The notes: a model not told the origin generated them from the letters alone. DNA of 64,000 bases from Octopus sinensis (GCF_006345805.1 NC_043002.1:111910001-111974000), one strand, 5' to 3'; shown: positions 1-12,449, counted from the first letter of the stretch. Numbers and translations are program-made.

Positions 1-265
1 GTTATCTCCTTTTATCTATTTAAAACTTTCCTTCAATGACAACCAAAATTGAGCATGTTTCCCATCCTTTCTAAATCTTGTAGAATATAAAGAAAACATC
101 AATTGTGCCAAATAGACCAGATCCACCTCTTAATTAACTCCGTACTACACAAGATCTCTGCATGGCCAAAACATTTCCCAGCCATTTGTCGATAATCTTG
201 TAGAATTTTCTGGCATGATGCCTTTCCGCTAACAGTCTTCATTTAATCTAGCGTTCTTTATGATG

Positions 266-313
266 AATATATATATATATACTATCCATGCATGCATACA
301 TACATACATACAT

Positions 314-397
<84 letters not shown>

Positions 398-480
398 TAT
401 ATATATATATATATATATATACATACATATATATATATATATACATACACATATATATATATAATATATATACTAAGCAA
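266..480. repeat. (TA)n/(CATA)n microsatellite
   Basis: Direct reading; source of ORFs 282..494 and 292..483. Confidence 0.95.
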
Positions 481-586
481 TAAGGGTTTAGCAACGAGTT
501 GCCTTACCACATACCGAATTTAGAAATAGCAGTCAAAGGGTTATAGCTATTTCTTCTTACTAAAAGGAGATCTCAGTAAAAACAGC

Positions 587-617
<31 letters not shown>

Positions 618-667
618 ACATACATATACATACATCTATATATATATATACATTAACCCAATATATA

Positions 668-1928
668 CAGGGGCTGGACAAATTAATGGAAACACCTTAA
701 AATTTCAAACAAATTTATTTTAATATGGGGTAGGACCGCTTTTGGCAGTAATTACAGTTTGAATTCTATGGGGCATGGTCTCGTGCAAAGTTTGAATTGT
801 TTCCAAAGGAATTTTTGTCCATTCTTCAGCTAAAACACTCTCCAGTACTTGTAGCGATGATGGTGGAGGATATTGACTCGTTACTTGTTTTTTCTAAAAT
901 GCACCATAAATGTTCAATAATATTGAGATCTGGGGACTGTGGTGGCTTGATAACATGTTCAACTTCACGAGAATGCTCCTCGTGGCATTCAGTTATAAGT
1001 TCAGTTGTGTGAATTGGTGCATTATCATCCTGAAACATTGCGTTTCCCTCCAGAAACAGTTCCGCAGCCATAGGACGAATTTGATGAGATAAAATGCTTA
1101 AATAGTCTTGACTATTAATCCTCCATGAAAGGAAACCATTGAGCCGGTGGATTTCCAAGACATAGCCCCACCGCCCCAGATCATCACAGATCCTCCTCCA
1201 TGTTTAACAGTTGGAAGAAGGTAGCTGGGTCAAATACTTCTTTTGGCTGTCTCCACACGTATACTCGGCCGGTGGTGGGAAATAAGGTAAAGGATGACTC
1301 GTTCGAGAAAATGACATTCTTCCACCGCTCCAGGGACAAATTTTGTAGGTTTTTACTCCACTCGAAACGCTTTGCAACGTTTGTTTTTGAAAGTGGTAGT
1401 TTTCTGATTGCAGCCCTCCCGTGAAATCAGACTTTGGGCAGCTCCCGGCAACCAGTTTTTGTGGAAACTGGGTTCTCGAGGTGGTCATTTTGGGAGCTGT
1501 ACTTTTGTGATACTTTCTGATAATTCGCGTAAGAGTTCGACGATCCCTATCTGAAAGTTTTGGTTTTCTTCCGGAGTTTTGTTTCGACAAGGAGATTTTT
1601 TCCTCTTTCTCAAAGGCTGTCAATACTTTCAAGACAGCACTTCATACACCAAACATTTCGTCTGCTTTCGTTACGCTAGCGCCTGCTATACGAGCACCAA
1701 CAATTTGACCTCTTTGAAAGTCCGATAGATCTGTCATTTTAATGAATTTTAATTAACTTTTTTCTGATAATAACTGAAAATAAAACATCAATTTTAGCAA
1801 AACATATTAAGCAACACTAATAATAAATCAAAAAACATAAAAATAAACAAGCTTTTGACGGTTTTATAGTTATATCAAAAATATGATGCTATGATGCTAG
1901 GTGTTTCCATTATTTTGTCCATCCCCTG
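668..1928 (-). mobile_element. Full-length, degenerate Tc1/mariner-superfamily transposon with DD36E spacing (Incomer-like)
   Basis: 29-bp TIRs (668-696 caggggctggacaaattaatggaaacacc; 1900-1928 inverse, 2 mismatches), TA on both sides. Frameshifted transposase: SGRKPKLSDRDRR (HTH region), IFSNESSF (first D mutated to N), FQDDNAPIH, SPDLNIIEHLW; 36 residues lie between the second D and the E. Confidence 0.92.
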
Positions 1929-1935
1929 TATATAT

Positions 1936-2262
1936 ATCAGAGGCGACGCCAGGTCATCAGTGTCATTCGGGCTCATTACATATTTCGCATAAGACACATG
2001 CCTACTCGAAGAATTTCACTTTTTTCCGCTTTATATCTGAGTCCAAATGCATTTTATGCATTAAAATGGAATAAAAAATGATGTTAAATTATTTTTAAAA
2101 TCGTAGACTCATCGTTGACGCGCGCTAATAGTCAGACGGGCTCGATATGAATCACGACTATAAGATACCGAATTTGGTTAACTGCACCGCAAAATGTGGG
2201 AGGAGTTAGGAATCTAAATCATAGAGACAGACACTCACACAACTAGAGTTTATATATATAGA
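1936..2262 (-). mobile_element. Diverged non-autonomous Helitron-like copy (related to 4008-4407)
   Basis: ~2080-2262 matches the family 5' part; A|TC start at 2263/2262 on the minus strand. 3' end uncertain (possible CTGA|T near 1937-1940). Confidence 0.6.
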
Positions 2263-2439
2263 TATATAATATATATATATATATATATATTTTTTTTTTT
2301 TGAGCTCATCTTTGTTTATCGCTCGAAAATTGACTGTTATTTCTAAAGGGACAATCAAACAAACGCTACACCTTTTTTTTTAAAGGTGTAGCGTTTGTAA
2401 TAGTCTGGATAGAATTGGCATATCGGTTCCATTCTAGCG

Positions 2440-2486
2440 AAAACTGTCCGACGAACGCCAACGGGAAACTCAGAGTAACAGGTTTT
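2440..2486 (+). ncRNA. Minimal type I hammerhead ribozyme motif in a Penelope-like terminal repeat
   Basis: Stem I aaaactgt/acag(g)tttt; core CCGACGA; stem II aCG-ccaa-CGg; GAAA; stem III actc-a-gagt; GTA triplet with predicted cut after 2477. 2435-2514 is nearly identical to 48921-49000. Confidence 0.6.
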
Positions 2487-2514
2487 GTTGAATTTTCTGC
2501 TGCTTTAAATAAAG

Positions 2515-2545
<31 letters not shown>

Positions 2546-2559
2546 GTATATATACGTGT

Positions 2560-2599
<40 letters not shown>

Positions 2600-2950
2600 A
2601 AGTGATCATATTCCAGTATATGTTCGATCACTTTTGTAGAGTCGTATCCTACAGAGAGTTGTTTGTATAATACTTATAATACAAAGTTTTTGACACTTAT
2701 GACAAAATCCACCAATCGCTGCCATCATCATCATTTTTAATCAAAAGGGTGGCGATATTTTCGATATCTAATTTGGTTCCTCAGTCTTGAGTTCAAGTCT
2801 CGCCGTTGTCGACTATTTTTTTTTCATCACTTCAACAAAGATAAGATAAATGCTAGTAACATAATGGAGCCAGTTCAATCTACTCCACCTTTTTCTTACA
2901 AAATTGGACTACTGCCTTAATCAAAAGATAGCGCTATTGTTATCACTACT

Positions 2951-3005
2951 ATTATTATTATTATTATTATTTAAAAAATAGATTAAACATTATTATTATT
3001 ATTAC

Positions 3006-3063
<58 letters not shown>
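2951..3063. repeat. (ATT)n microsatellite
   Basis: Direct reading. Confidence 0.95.
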
Positions 3064-3065
<2 letters not shown>

Positions 3066-3575
3066 AGCCATTATTGTAAAAGTAAACACACGAAAAGAGG
3101 TTATCTCTGGAAATGAACTTATTTTCAACGCAATCCAATGCTATGTCGTGAGGGCCACACCTTAACAAATGCTACAGACTGATAAGATTTTACGAACACT
3201 TATGATCAGTGCAACTAAAACAGCACCTCAATCTAACAAAAACAAAGCCAAAATACTTAATCTGGGTACATTAAAATCGGTAGAGCAGTTTGTACAATGA
3301 CTCTTTGTCGCATCACTTTCATCATGCTCTGAGATCGATAAAATAAGCAGAATCGACAGAGCTCAGGATAAAATGCCTTGTGTGGGTTTCTTTTTTTTCG
3401 ACCTTACCGAGGCCAACTTTGCTTTTCCTCCTTTCAGGAACGATAAAATAAGTATCAGACAAGAACAGCTGAAAGGTGGAATCATAAGAGCCAGACAAAA
3501 TGCTTGGCAGTATTTGTTCTGGTTCTTAGCGTTCTGAGTCCAAGAATAGTAGACTTAATCCATCGCCCTGTTTAA

Positions 3576-3798
3576 CCCTTTCAATACCAACCCGGCTGAA
3601 ACCGGCTCTGGCTCTGTAGTACAAATGTCTTGTTTTCATAAGTTTTGAATTAAAATCTTCCACTAAACCTTCCACCACAATTTATGCTCCTAACACTAGC
3701 TTAATGATAACTAAGTTATTTTACTAAATTCTTTGTTATATTTAAAATTAATTGAAAGAAACACAGAGCATCTCAAAATAAATACAGTAATGAATGGG
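3576..3798. mobile_element. piggyBac-type MITE
   Basis: TTAA at 3572-3575 and 3799-3802; 12-bp TIR ccctttcaatac / gtaatgaatggg (2 mismatches); no ORF. Confidence 0.7.
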
Positions 3799-3826
3799 TT
3801 AACACCGCTTCCTGTTCCTAAGATAC

Positions 3827-3949
3827 CTTAGCGGAGTTCATTCTGTTGCAGGTATCCGAGGCCAAGTTTCCAGTTTGAGGATAGCTTCCTTTCACAAGTC
3901 TCGGAGAAACATTGGAAAAGTAAAGCATCAGGAGCGCTACTTTTCCCTT
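3827..3949 (-). CDS. Candidate 123-nt exon of an unknown gene
   Basis: Long pyrimidine tract plus caag acceptor and AAG|GTATCT donor; open in phase 0 (KGKVALLMLYFS...MNSAK). No recognisable homology. Confidence 0.2.
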
Positions 3950-4007
3950 CTTGATTAAATGAGAGAAAGGTAAAAAAAAAAAGAAAAAAAACCAGACTAA
4001 CCACTCA

Positions 4008-4407
4008 TCTTTATATATAAACGAGAGGTTGTGTGCTGTCTGTCCCCTACGATTTAGATTCCTAACTACTCCCATATTTTGCGGTGCAGTTTAACCAAAA
4101 CCGGGTATCTTATAGTCGTGATTCATATTGAGCCCTTCTGGGTATTAGCGCGCGTCTACGATGAGTCTACGATTTTAAAAAGAATTTACCATCAATTTTT
4201 CCCATTTTTAATGCATTTTTGGCATATATAAGGGAAGTAACTCTCTAAAAATTTATTATTAAATCTCAGAACGTAAAAAGCTACAGTAACACCCCCCCCC
4301 CTTTTGTGGTTAGCCATATTGAGATGGCTATTATACTTTACATCTCTAAAAATGCTTATATAGTTATTTCCCTTACAAACCCGAGCGACGCCGGGCGATA
4401 CTGCTAG
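4008..4407 (+). mobile_element. Non-autonomous Helitron
   Basis: A|TC 5' end (tctttatatataaa); hairpin cccg-a-gc-gac-gc-cggg at 4380-4395; CTAG|T 3' end; no TSD; multiple copies in the window. Confidence 0.85.
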
Positions 4408-4719
4408 TTATCTATAGATGTGTGCCTCTGAGCCAAAGGCTATAAATTAACATTAACACATAATTATCAGAGTGTTGTTATCTTATGAACAGATAACTAC
4501 TGGTTTCGAAGAAGTATTCCAAACAAAATTTCACAAAACAATTCCTAACATACTGGCTTTTCAACTAGAAATTACCACATTTTGTTTTTATCAATTGGGT
4601 TACTCTCAACTTGTAGAAATATTAATAGTACCACGTGACCAAGAGCCGTGCAGCATGCGAGTGTTTGTACATTTACCTATTTTAAAGCTAGAACGGAAAA
4701 CATCACTTCATCAATTGAA

Positions 4720-4723
<4 letters not shown>

Positions 4724-4768
<45 letters not shown>

Positions 4769-4891
4769 GTATGTATGTATGCATGTGTAGCCAAAGCTAA
4801 ATACATATGGATAAAATGATATATATATATATTTTATCCATATGTATTTAGCTTGGCTATACATACATACATACAACATACATACATACAT

Positions 4892-4958
<67 letters not shown>

Positions 4959-5130
4959 TATATATTATATATATATATATATATATACGTACATACATAC
5001 ATACATACATACATACATACAATGCATACATACATACATACATACATACATACATACATACATTCATACATACATACATACATACAGACAGACAGACAGA
5101 CAGACAGACAGACGTATATATGTATGCATA
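4724..5130. repeat. Compound (TA)n/(CATA)n/(CAGA)n microsatellite
   Basis: Direct reading. Confidence 0.95.
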
Positions 5131-5586
5131 AAAGTATGCATGTATAATCAAAGCAATATATTTTTTCATTTTAGTTGAGTTTTGGTATTTCGCTCTTCCT
5201 ACGTCTGTTGATCTTACAGGCTCCGATAGTCCCTAATCTGACCATCACATTGAACTTAGAGATTTTTGTTTGTTTTTTTTATATATTTTTATATTATTAT
5301 CATAATCAGCGGGAGTACAGTCATTATCATTATCAACAATAGCAACAGGAGTATTACCGCCATTACCACCAGGTTCATCGCCATCGCCATCTTGGTCATC
5401 ATCACCAGCAGCAGAAGCAGCTGAGGCATCTCTATCATCAGTCTAAGCAAATTATTTGGATAACGAACGAAAAAACCTGTTTACCCGCCTATTGTTATCA
5501 TTTTGTTATTTATTAATATAATTATTTATTGTTATTATCATTATCATCATTATTCTCTCCGAAACACTTCCATTATGTATTCGTTC

Positions 5587-5587
<1 letters not shown>

Positions 5588-5621
<34 letters not shown>

Positions 5622-5640
5622 CGAGAGAGGGAGAGAGAGC

Positions 5641-5671
<31 letters not shown>

Positions 5672-5783
5672 GAGAGAGAGATGATGGATGGATAGATGGA
5701 TAGATAGATAGATAGGATGATAGATAGATAGCTGATAGATAGATAGATGGATGGATGGATAGATAGATAGATAGATAGATAGG

Positions 5784-5817
<34 letters not shown>

Positions 5818-5905
5818 AGATAGAGATAGATAGATAGATGGATAGATAGATGGATAGATGGATAGATAGGCAGATAGACAGATGGATAGATAGACAGATG
5901 GATGA

Positions 5906-5936
<31 letters not shown>

Positions 5937-6022
5937 TAGATAGATAGATAGATGGATGGATGGATGGATGGATGGATGGATGGATGGATGGATGGATGGA
6001 TGGATGGATGGATGGATGGATG

Positions 6023-6069
<47 letters not shown>

Positions 6070-6189
6070 GGATGGATGGATGGATGGATGGATGGATGGA
6101 TGGATAGATAGATAGATGATGGATGGATGGATGGATGGATGGATAGATAGATAGATAGATAGATGGATGGATGGATGGATGGATGGATG

Positions 6190-6224
<35 letters not shown>

Positions 6225-6281
6225 GGATGGATGGATGGATGGATGGATGGATGGATAGATATATAGATGGATAGATGGATG

Positions 6282-6320
<39 letters not shown>

Positions 6321-6333
6321 GGATAGATGGATG

Positions 6334-6368
<35 letters not shown>

Positions 6369-6400
6369 TGTGTGTGTGGTGTGTGTGTGTGAGTGTGTGT
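5588..6400. repeat. Long compound (GATA)n/(GATG)n/(GA)n microsatellite
   Basis: Direct reading. Confidence 0.95.
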
Positions 6401-6700
6401 GTGACGATAGGTGTTTTGTTTATTAACTATAACTGTGACATTGCGTAGGAATCTTTTATAAAAGTCTGTTTATAAATAATTGTAGACCCTGCACGTATTT
6501 CCTTTTCTTTTTCATCTCTCTTCCTTCTGTTGCTCTTCATTCTCACGTTACCACTACTCTCTCATTTGTCCCCTCTCTTATTCCTGTTTGATGGATAATA
6601 TTTAAAATCAAAAACCTTCCTTCTCGTGTTTTTCGAGCGTCACATTTACTTTTTAATTTGAACTGAATTTCTGATGTCTGCGTGTGGATATAGACAGACA

Positions 6701-7069
6701 GTGGAGGCGCAATGGCCCAGTGGTTAGGGCAGCGGACTCGCGGTCATAGGATCGCGGTTTCGATTCCCAGACCGGGCGTTGTGAGTGTTTATTGGGCGAA
6801 AACACCTAAAAGCTCCACGAGGCTCCGGCAGGGGATGGTGGTGATCCCTGCTGTACTCTTTCACCACAACTTTCTCTCACTCTTACTTCCTGTTTCTGTT
6901 GTACCTGTATTTCAAAGGGCCGGCCTTGTCACTCATCCCCGAGAACTACGTTAAGGGTACACGTGTCTGTGGAGTGCTCAGCCACTTACACGTTAATTTC
7001 ACGAGCAGGCTGTTCCGTTGATTCGGATCAACCGGAACCCTCGTCGTCGTAACCGACGGAGTGCTTCCA
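6701..7069 (+). mobile_element. tRNA-derived SINE family A (tail type 1)
   Basis: A-box tggcccagtgg, B-box gtttcgattcc; TSD atagacagaca at 6690-6700 and 7071-7081; small internal deletion. Confidence 0.95.
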
Positions 7070-7320
7070 GATAGACAGACAAATGAAGGAAGATGTCCAA
7101 CGCACGCTCACCCACGATGATAGGTTCCCTAATATAACTAAAAGAACCCTTAGCAAATCTGAGAACACAAAGCACAGTCACATATGGTTTCATTAACTGA
7201 CATGATTAACTATAACAGGCGATCATATTAATTGATATGCATATTGGCCAGGTAGGAAATACACAGCATGTAATGCACCAGTGAAACTAGATATACTGCT
7301 GAATTTATAAACCACAATTA

Positions 7321-7321
<1 letters not shown>

Positions 7322-7400
<79 letters not shown>

Positions 7401-7435
7401 CACACACACGTACACACGCACATTCACACATACAC
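7322..7435. repeat. (CA)n microsatellite
   Basis: Direct reading. Confidence 0.95.
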
Positions 7436-8210
7436 ATTACTTTCATTTTCTGGGTTGATTTCTATTGGCTGTTGAAGTGCGTCAGTCTGAAGCATCTAGT
7501 ATCATGTGCTAACATGTTTATTGTCGGTTAAAAAAGAAAAGGTTTTTCTAAAATAGTCAGCTAAAACATGCCATTTATTGCCTGATGAAACACCCTCATT
7601 ATCTTCTGCTGAAAAAAATACCCCTGTACGTTGCAAAATTGTTCGCAGTATTTTCTGCTGATATATCTTTTTATCAATAGATTTGAAGAGGTTTTTCTCT
7701 CCTCAAGTACTCCCATGGCCTCTGAATTTATCGTCTGCTATACCATTTTTCAGTCGTCTGCTGAAGTCTCGAGTTAATCTGATAAAATGTGGCTTGTTAT
7801 CTACTGATGCCTCCTACTTTAAAAGATGTAACGTGTATTTATAATCTACTGAAATGGGCAATTTCGTTCCAGGACACAAAGTTTCTATAAACAAGAATCA
7901 GCAATTCTACAAATCATTGTTTGGATACATATAAATATATATACATTTTATTGAAATATATATACATAAAACACTATTAAGGTAGGTGAGAATTTTCTTT
8001 TTTATTTTCACATATCATTTTTAAAGGCGTGGGTATAATTAGATTTTGTCTGTCTGTTTGTCTGTCTATCTATCTGTCTGTCGGTATGTATGTATGCCTT
8101 CTTACGGCTTAATTTTTCATATTTCTCATCAAGAGAGAAAGACTCGATTTCTAATCCGGAAACAAGACTCTTTCATTCGAACTAAAACACCAATTAGTTA
8201 GTTATGCATG

Positions 8211-8618
8211 CTCTTTTTACTCTTTTTTTACTTGTTTCAGTCATTTGACTGCGGCCATGCTGGAGCACCGCCTTTAGTCGAGCAAATCGACCCCGGAACT
8301 TATTCTTTGTAAGCCCAGTACTTATTCTATCGGTCTCTTTTGCCGAACCGCTAAGTGACGGGGACGTAAACACACCAGCATCGGTTGTCAAGCAATGCTA
8401 GGGGGACAAACACAGACACACAAACATATACATACACATACATATATATATACATATATACGACAGGCTTCTTTCAGTTTCCGTCTACCAAATCCACTCA
8501 CAAGGCATTGGTCGGCCCGGGGCTATAGCAGAAGACACTTGCCCAAGATGCCACGCAGTGGGACTGAACCCGGAACCATGTGGTTGGTAGGCAAGCTACT
8601 TACCACACAGCCACTCCT
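8211..8618 (-). mobile_element. tRNA-derived SINE family B (CORE-like body, internal microsatellite)
   Basis: Matches the other family B copies; (TAAAAGAG)n-type tail. Confidence 0.95.
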
Positions 8619-8997
8619 ATATATATATCTGCACACACATATGCATTAGTGAAAACTTGGGTGGAATGGCGTACGTTGAACTGCCACATACAAGATTGAA
8701 AAAAAAAAAGCATTATGGAAAACATTTGCTTGGTGGTGGGGGGGGTCAACACGAAGGTCTTGTTTGGTTGTTTTTTGCTGATTTATTTCTTTATTCTTTG
8801 TTCAGCCATTCAATCATCAAATTTTAAGAAAGTCTTGCTGATTTTTATTGTTCCAAGTATTGTAATCATCTTGTAGTTTATGAATTATAAAATTTTATTT
8901 TCTTCGAGTTCAATTTCAGCCAAACGTAGACAAAAATTAATTATCAACTTACTATAACATAACCGCATAACCCTTACATTAATAATGAGCCCTAAAT

Positions 8998-9230
8998 AAG
9001 ACGGTGAGCTGACAGAAACGTTAGCACGCCGGGCGAAATGCTTAGCAGTATTTTGCCTGCCGCTACGTTCTGAGTTCAAATTTCGCCGAGGTCGACTTTG
9101 CCTTTCATCCTTTCGGGGTCGATAAATTAAGTACCAGTTACGCACTGGGGTCGATGTAATCGACTTAATACCTACGTCTGTCCTTGTTTGTTCCCTCTGT
9201 GTTTGGCCCCTTGTGGGTAGTAAAGAAATA
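8998..9230 (+). mobile_element. SINE family C (tail i)
   Basis: Head ...gagctgacagaaacgttagcacgccgggcg, B-box gagttcaaat; tail gtttggccccttgtgggtagtaaagaaata. Confidence 0.9.
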
Positions 9231-9399
9231 GGTATTTCGTCTGTCTTTACGTTCTACGTTCAAGATCACCGAGATCGACTTTGCTTTTCATCGTTCTGGG
9301 GTCGATAAATTAAGTACCAGTTGTGTACTGGGGTCGATCTAATCGACTAGCCCCCCTCCCTCGAAATTTCGAGCCTTGTGCCTAGAGTAGAAAAGAATA
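9231..9399 (+). mobile_element. 5'-truncated SINE family C (tail ii) directly after the previous copy
   Basis: Family C body followed by cgactagcccccc...gccttgtgcctagagtagaaaagaat. Confidence 0.85.
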
Positions 9400-9665
9400 A
9401 TGGGCCCTAATCTTCTGCTTTATTCTTACCCTATTGAACAAGTTTTATCTTTTATTGGTTGCTCAAAGAGCCATATGAGGTCGGTGGGGTTGAATTTGGT
9501 TGCCGCTTTTATTTTTAATTTCCACCAATATCACTTATGCAAATATGTATGTACATACGTATGTATGTATGTATGTATGTATGTATGTATGTATGTATGT
9601 ATGTATGTATGTATGTGTAAATGCGTGTATGTATGCATATATGTATTCATATATATATATATATA

Positions 9666-10063
9666 TCTTATATATAAAAGTCAAGTTGTGTGTCTGTCTC
9701 CTACGATTTAGATTCCTAACTACTCCCACATTTTGCGGTGCAGTTTAACCAAAACCGGGTATCTTATAGTCGTGATTCATATCGAGCCCTTCTGGGTATT
9801 AGCGCGCGTCTACGATGAGTCTACGATTTTAAAAAAAATTTACCATCATTTTTTGTCCATTTTAATGCATTTTTTCGCTATTATATGAGGGAAGTAACTC
9901 TCTAAAAATGTCGACGATGAGTCAACGATTTTTTTTAAAAATTACCATCATTTTTTTTCCATTTTTAATGCATTTTTTTGCTATTTTTTGGCTATAACTC
10001 TCTAAAAATGCTTATATAGTTATTTCCCTTACAAACCCGAGCAACGCAGGGCGATACTGCTAG
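9666..10063 (+). mobile_element. Non-autonomous Helitron with an internal ~95-bp duplication
   Basis: A|TC at 9665/9666; hairpin cccgagcaacgcaggg; CTAG|T at 10060-10064. Confidence 0.85.
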
Positions 10064-10380
10064 TATATATACATATATATATATATATATATAATTGTGA
10101 TAATCTCCTTATATTGTATGCGTGGTTGTTAGCGTGACTACATGTTTGTGTTTCTGATTGCATTTTGTGTGTCAGTCATTGTAGTATTAGTAGGCATGTG
10201 TTTGTGTTATTGTGCGTAAATATTTCATTTATTTCTGTTGGTCATTGTGTGTTTTTATGTACTTGTGAGTACCATTTTGTATATGAATTTGCACGTGTGT
10301 TTGTGTATGTATGAGGATTTGTATCGCAATCTCATTATAGCTAGTGTTGTCGAGTATACGTGCTTGGTGGTGGGGGAGTG

Positions 10381-10764
10381 TGGAAGCACTCCGTCGGTTA
10401 CGACGACGAGGGTTCCAGTTGAACCGATCAACGGAACAGCCTGCTCGTGAAATTAACGTGTAAGTGACTGAGCACTCCACAGACACGTGTACCCTTAATG
10501 TAGTTCTCGGGGATATTCAGCGTGACACAGAGAGTGACAAGGCCGGCCCTTTGAAATAAAGGTACAACAGAAACAGGAAGTAAGAGTGAGAGAAAGTTGT
10601 GGTGAAAGAGTACAGCAGGGATCACCACCATCCCCTGCCGGAGCCTCGTGGAGCTTTAGGTGTTTTCGCTCAATAAACACTCACAACGCCCGGTCTGGGA
10701 ATCGAAACCGCGATCCTACGACCGCGAGTCCGCTGCCCTAACCACTGGGCCATTGCGCCTCCAC
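10381..10764 (-). mobile_element. SINE family A
   Basis: Full length; TSD tggtgggggagt at 10368-10379 and 10766-10777. Confidence 0.95.
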
Positions 10765-11087
10765 ATGGTGGGGGAGTATATAACGTAAGTATGTAAGCAT
10801 CTTGTTGCGTGTTTTTATGTGAATTCAATCATCAGTTAGTTTGTGTGAGTGTGGAAATGTGAATCGCTTTCTTGCGCTGCTTTTTTCGTTTTGTTTGTTT
10901 TTTGTTTTTTTTTCTCAGCACTTTATAAAACTGAAGACGTCGCGAGGGCATTGAACTCATGGCAATCCAACTGATTTCATTATCTTTTTATGCACCGGAA
11001 CAGTTTTTCCTTGTTTTTGGGGAAAGTTTGAACTTAGTACTACGAACTAATCAAAAACGTGTTGATGATGATTTTGATGATTTTTCC

Positions 11088-11432
11088 AGTTTCAGCTAAT
11101 GAGCTGTGGCCATGCTGGGGCACCGCCATTTAATTAACGGATTAAGTCGATTACATCGACCCCAGTGCGTAACTGGTACTCTGTTGATTATTTTATTTTA
11201 TTTTATCTAGTTTCAGCTCACGAGCTGTGGCCATGCTGGGGCACCGCCATTTAATTAACGGATTAAGTCGATTACATCGACCCCAGTGCGTAACTGGTAC
11301 TCTGTTGATTATTTTATTTTATTTTATTTTATTTTATCTAGTTTCAGCTCACGAGCTGTGACCATGCTGGGGCACCGCCATTTAATTAACGGATTCAGTC
11401 GATTACATCGACCCCAGTGCGTAACTGGTACT
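11088..11432 (-). repeat. Three tandem ~121-131-bp units derived from a SINE C tail (tail iii)
   Basis: Units start at ~11088, 11209 and 11340; they differ mainly in (TTTTA)n length. Confidence 0.9.
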
Positions 11433-11634
11433 CTAGGCACAAGGCCCGAAATTTTGGGAGAGGGGGCTAGTCGATTAGATCGACCCCAGTAAACAACTGG
11501 TACTTAATTTAACGACCCCGAAAGGATGAAAGGCAAAGTCGACCTCGGCGGAATTTGAACTCAGAACGTAACGGCAGACGAAATACGGCTACGCATTTCG
11601 CCCGGCGTGCTAGCGTTTTTGCCAGCTCGCCGCC
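11433..11634 (-). mobile_element. SINE family C (tail ii)
   Basis: Full head at ~11634; tail ctaggcacaaggcccgaaattttggg on the + strand. Confidence 0.9.
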
Positions 11635-11966
11635 ACTTTCCTGGCAATTTACCGCAGCAAACACCAAAAGTTAACTCCTTGACGAGCCTCCTGAGTTCAT
11701 ATTTCGATACTTAGTTCCGATTTGTTTAAAGTGAAACAAAAGAGATATAAATCACATGCAAGAGCCGAAGTATACTCCCTACCTAGGATATTTGTTACCA
11801 ATTGAACTGAGTCATTGAGGATCCAGGGTCTTGGTCATCTATAGAACGCAAAGAACGAGAACGGTTTATGAAACTTTACCTGCCAACTAGGTTGTTATTG
11901 ATCTGACTGTCTAACCCTAGGTCAACCAAAATCGAACAGATCTATATTCCTGATCACGCTGAACAT

Positions 11967-12360
11967 ACTCTTTTACTCTTTTACTTGTTTCAGTCATTTG
12001 ACTGCGGCCATGCTGGAGCACCGCCTTTAATCGAGCAACTCGACCCCGGGACTTATTCTTTTGTAAGCCCAGTACTTATTCTATCGGTCTCTTTTGCCGA
12101 ACCGCTAAGTGACGGGGACATAAACACACCAGCATCGGTTGTCAAGCAATGCTAGGGGGACAAACACACACACGCATATATATATATATACATATATACG
12201 ATGGGCTTCTTTCAGTTTCCATCTACCAAATCCACTCACAAGGCATTGGTCGGCCCGAGGCTATAGCAGAAGACACCCGCCCAAGATGCCACGCAGTGGG
12301 ACTGAACCCGGAACCATGTGGTTGGTAAGCAAGCTACTTACCACACAGCCATTCCTGCGC
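11967..12360 (-). mobile_element. SINE family B
   Basis: Full length by comparison with other copies. Confidence 0.95.
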
Positions 12361-12449
12361 ATCTCCACTTTATTGATTCTCCTTTTTTGCCACGCAGTGG
12401 ATACATTATCTAACGTTTCCTTCCGTTTCCCCTTTTAAGACAGCAGAGT

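Noticed and set aside
6701-6775. tRNA-like heads as real tRNA genes
   Set aside because: They have A and B boxes but no acceptor stem, and continue into SINE bodies with TSDs.
11088-11432. CRISPR-like array
   Set aside because: Units are near-identical along their whole length with no unique spacers; eukaryotic SINE-derived sequence.
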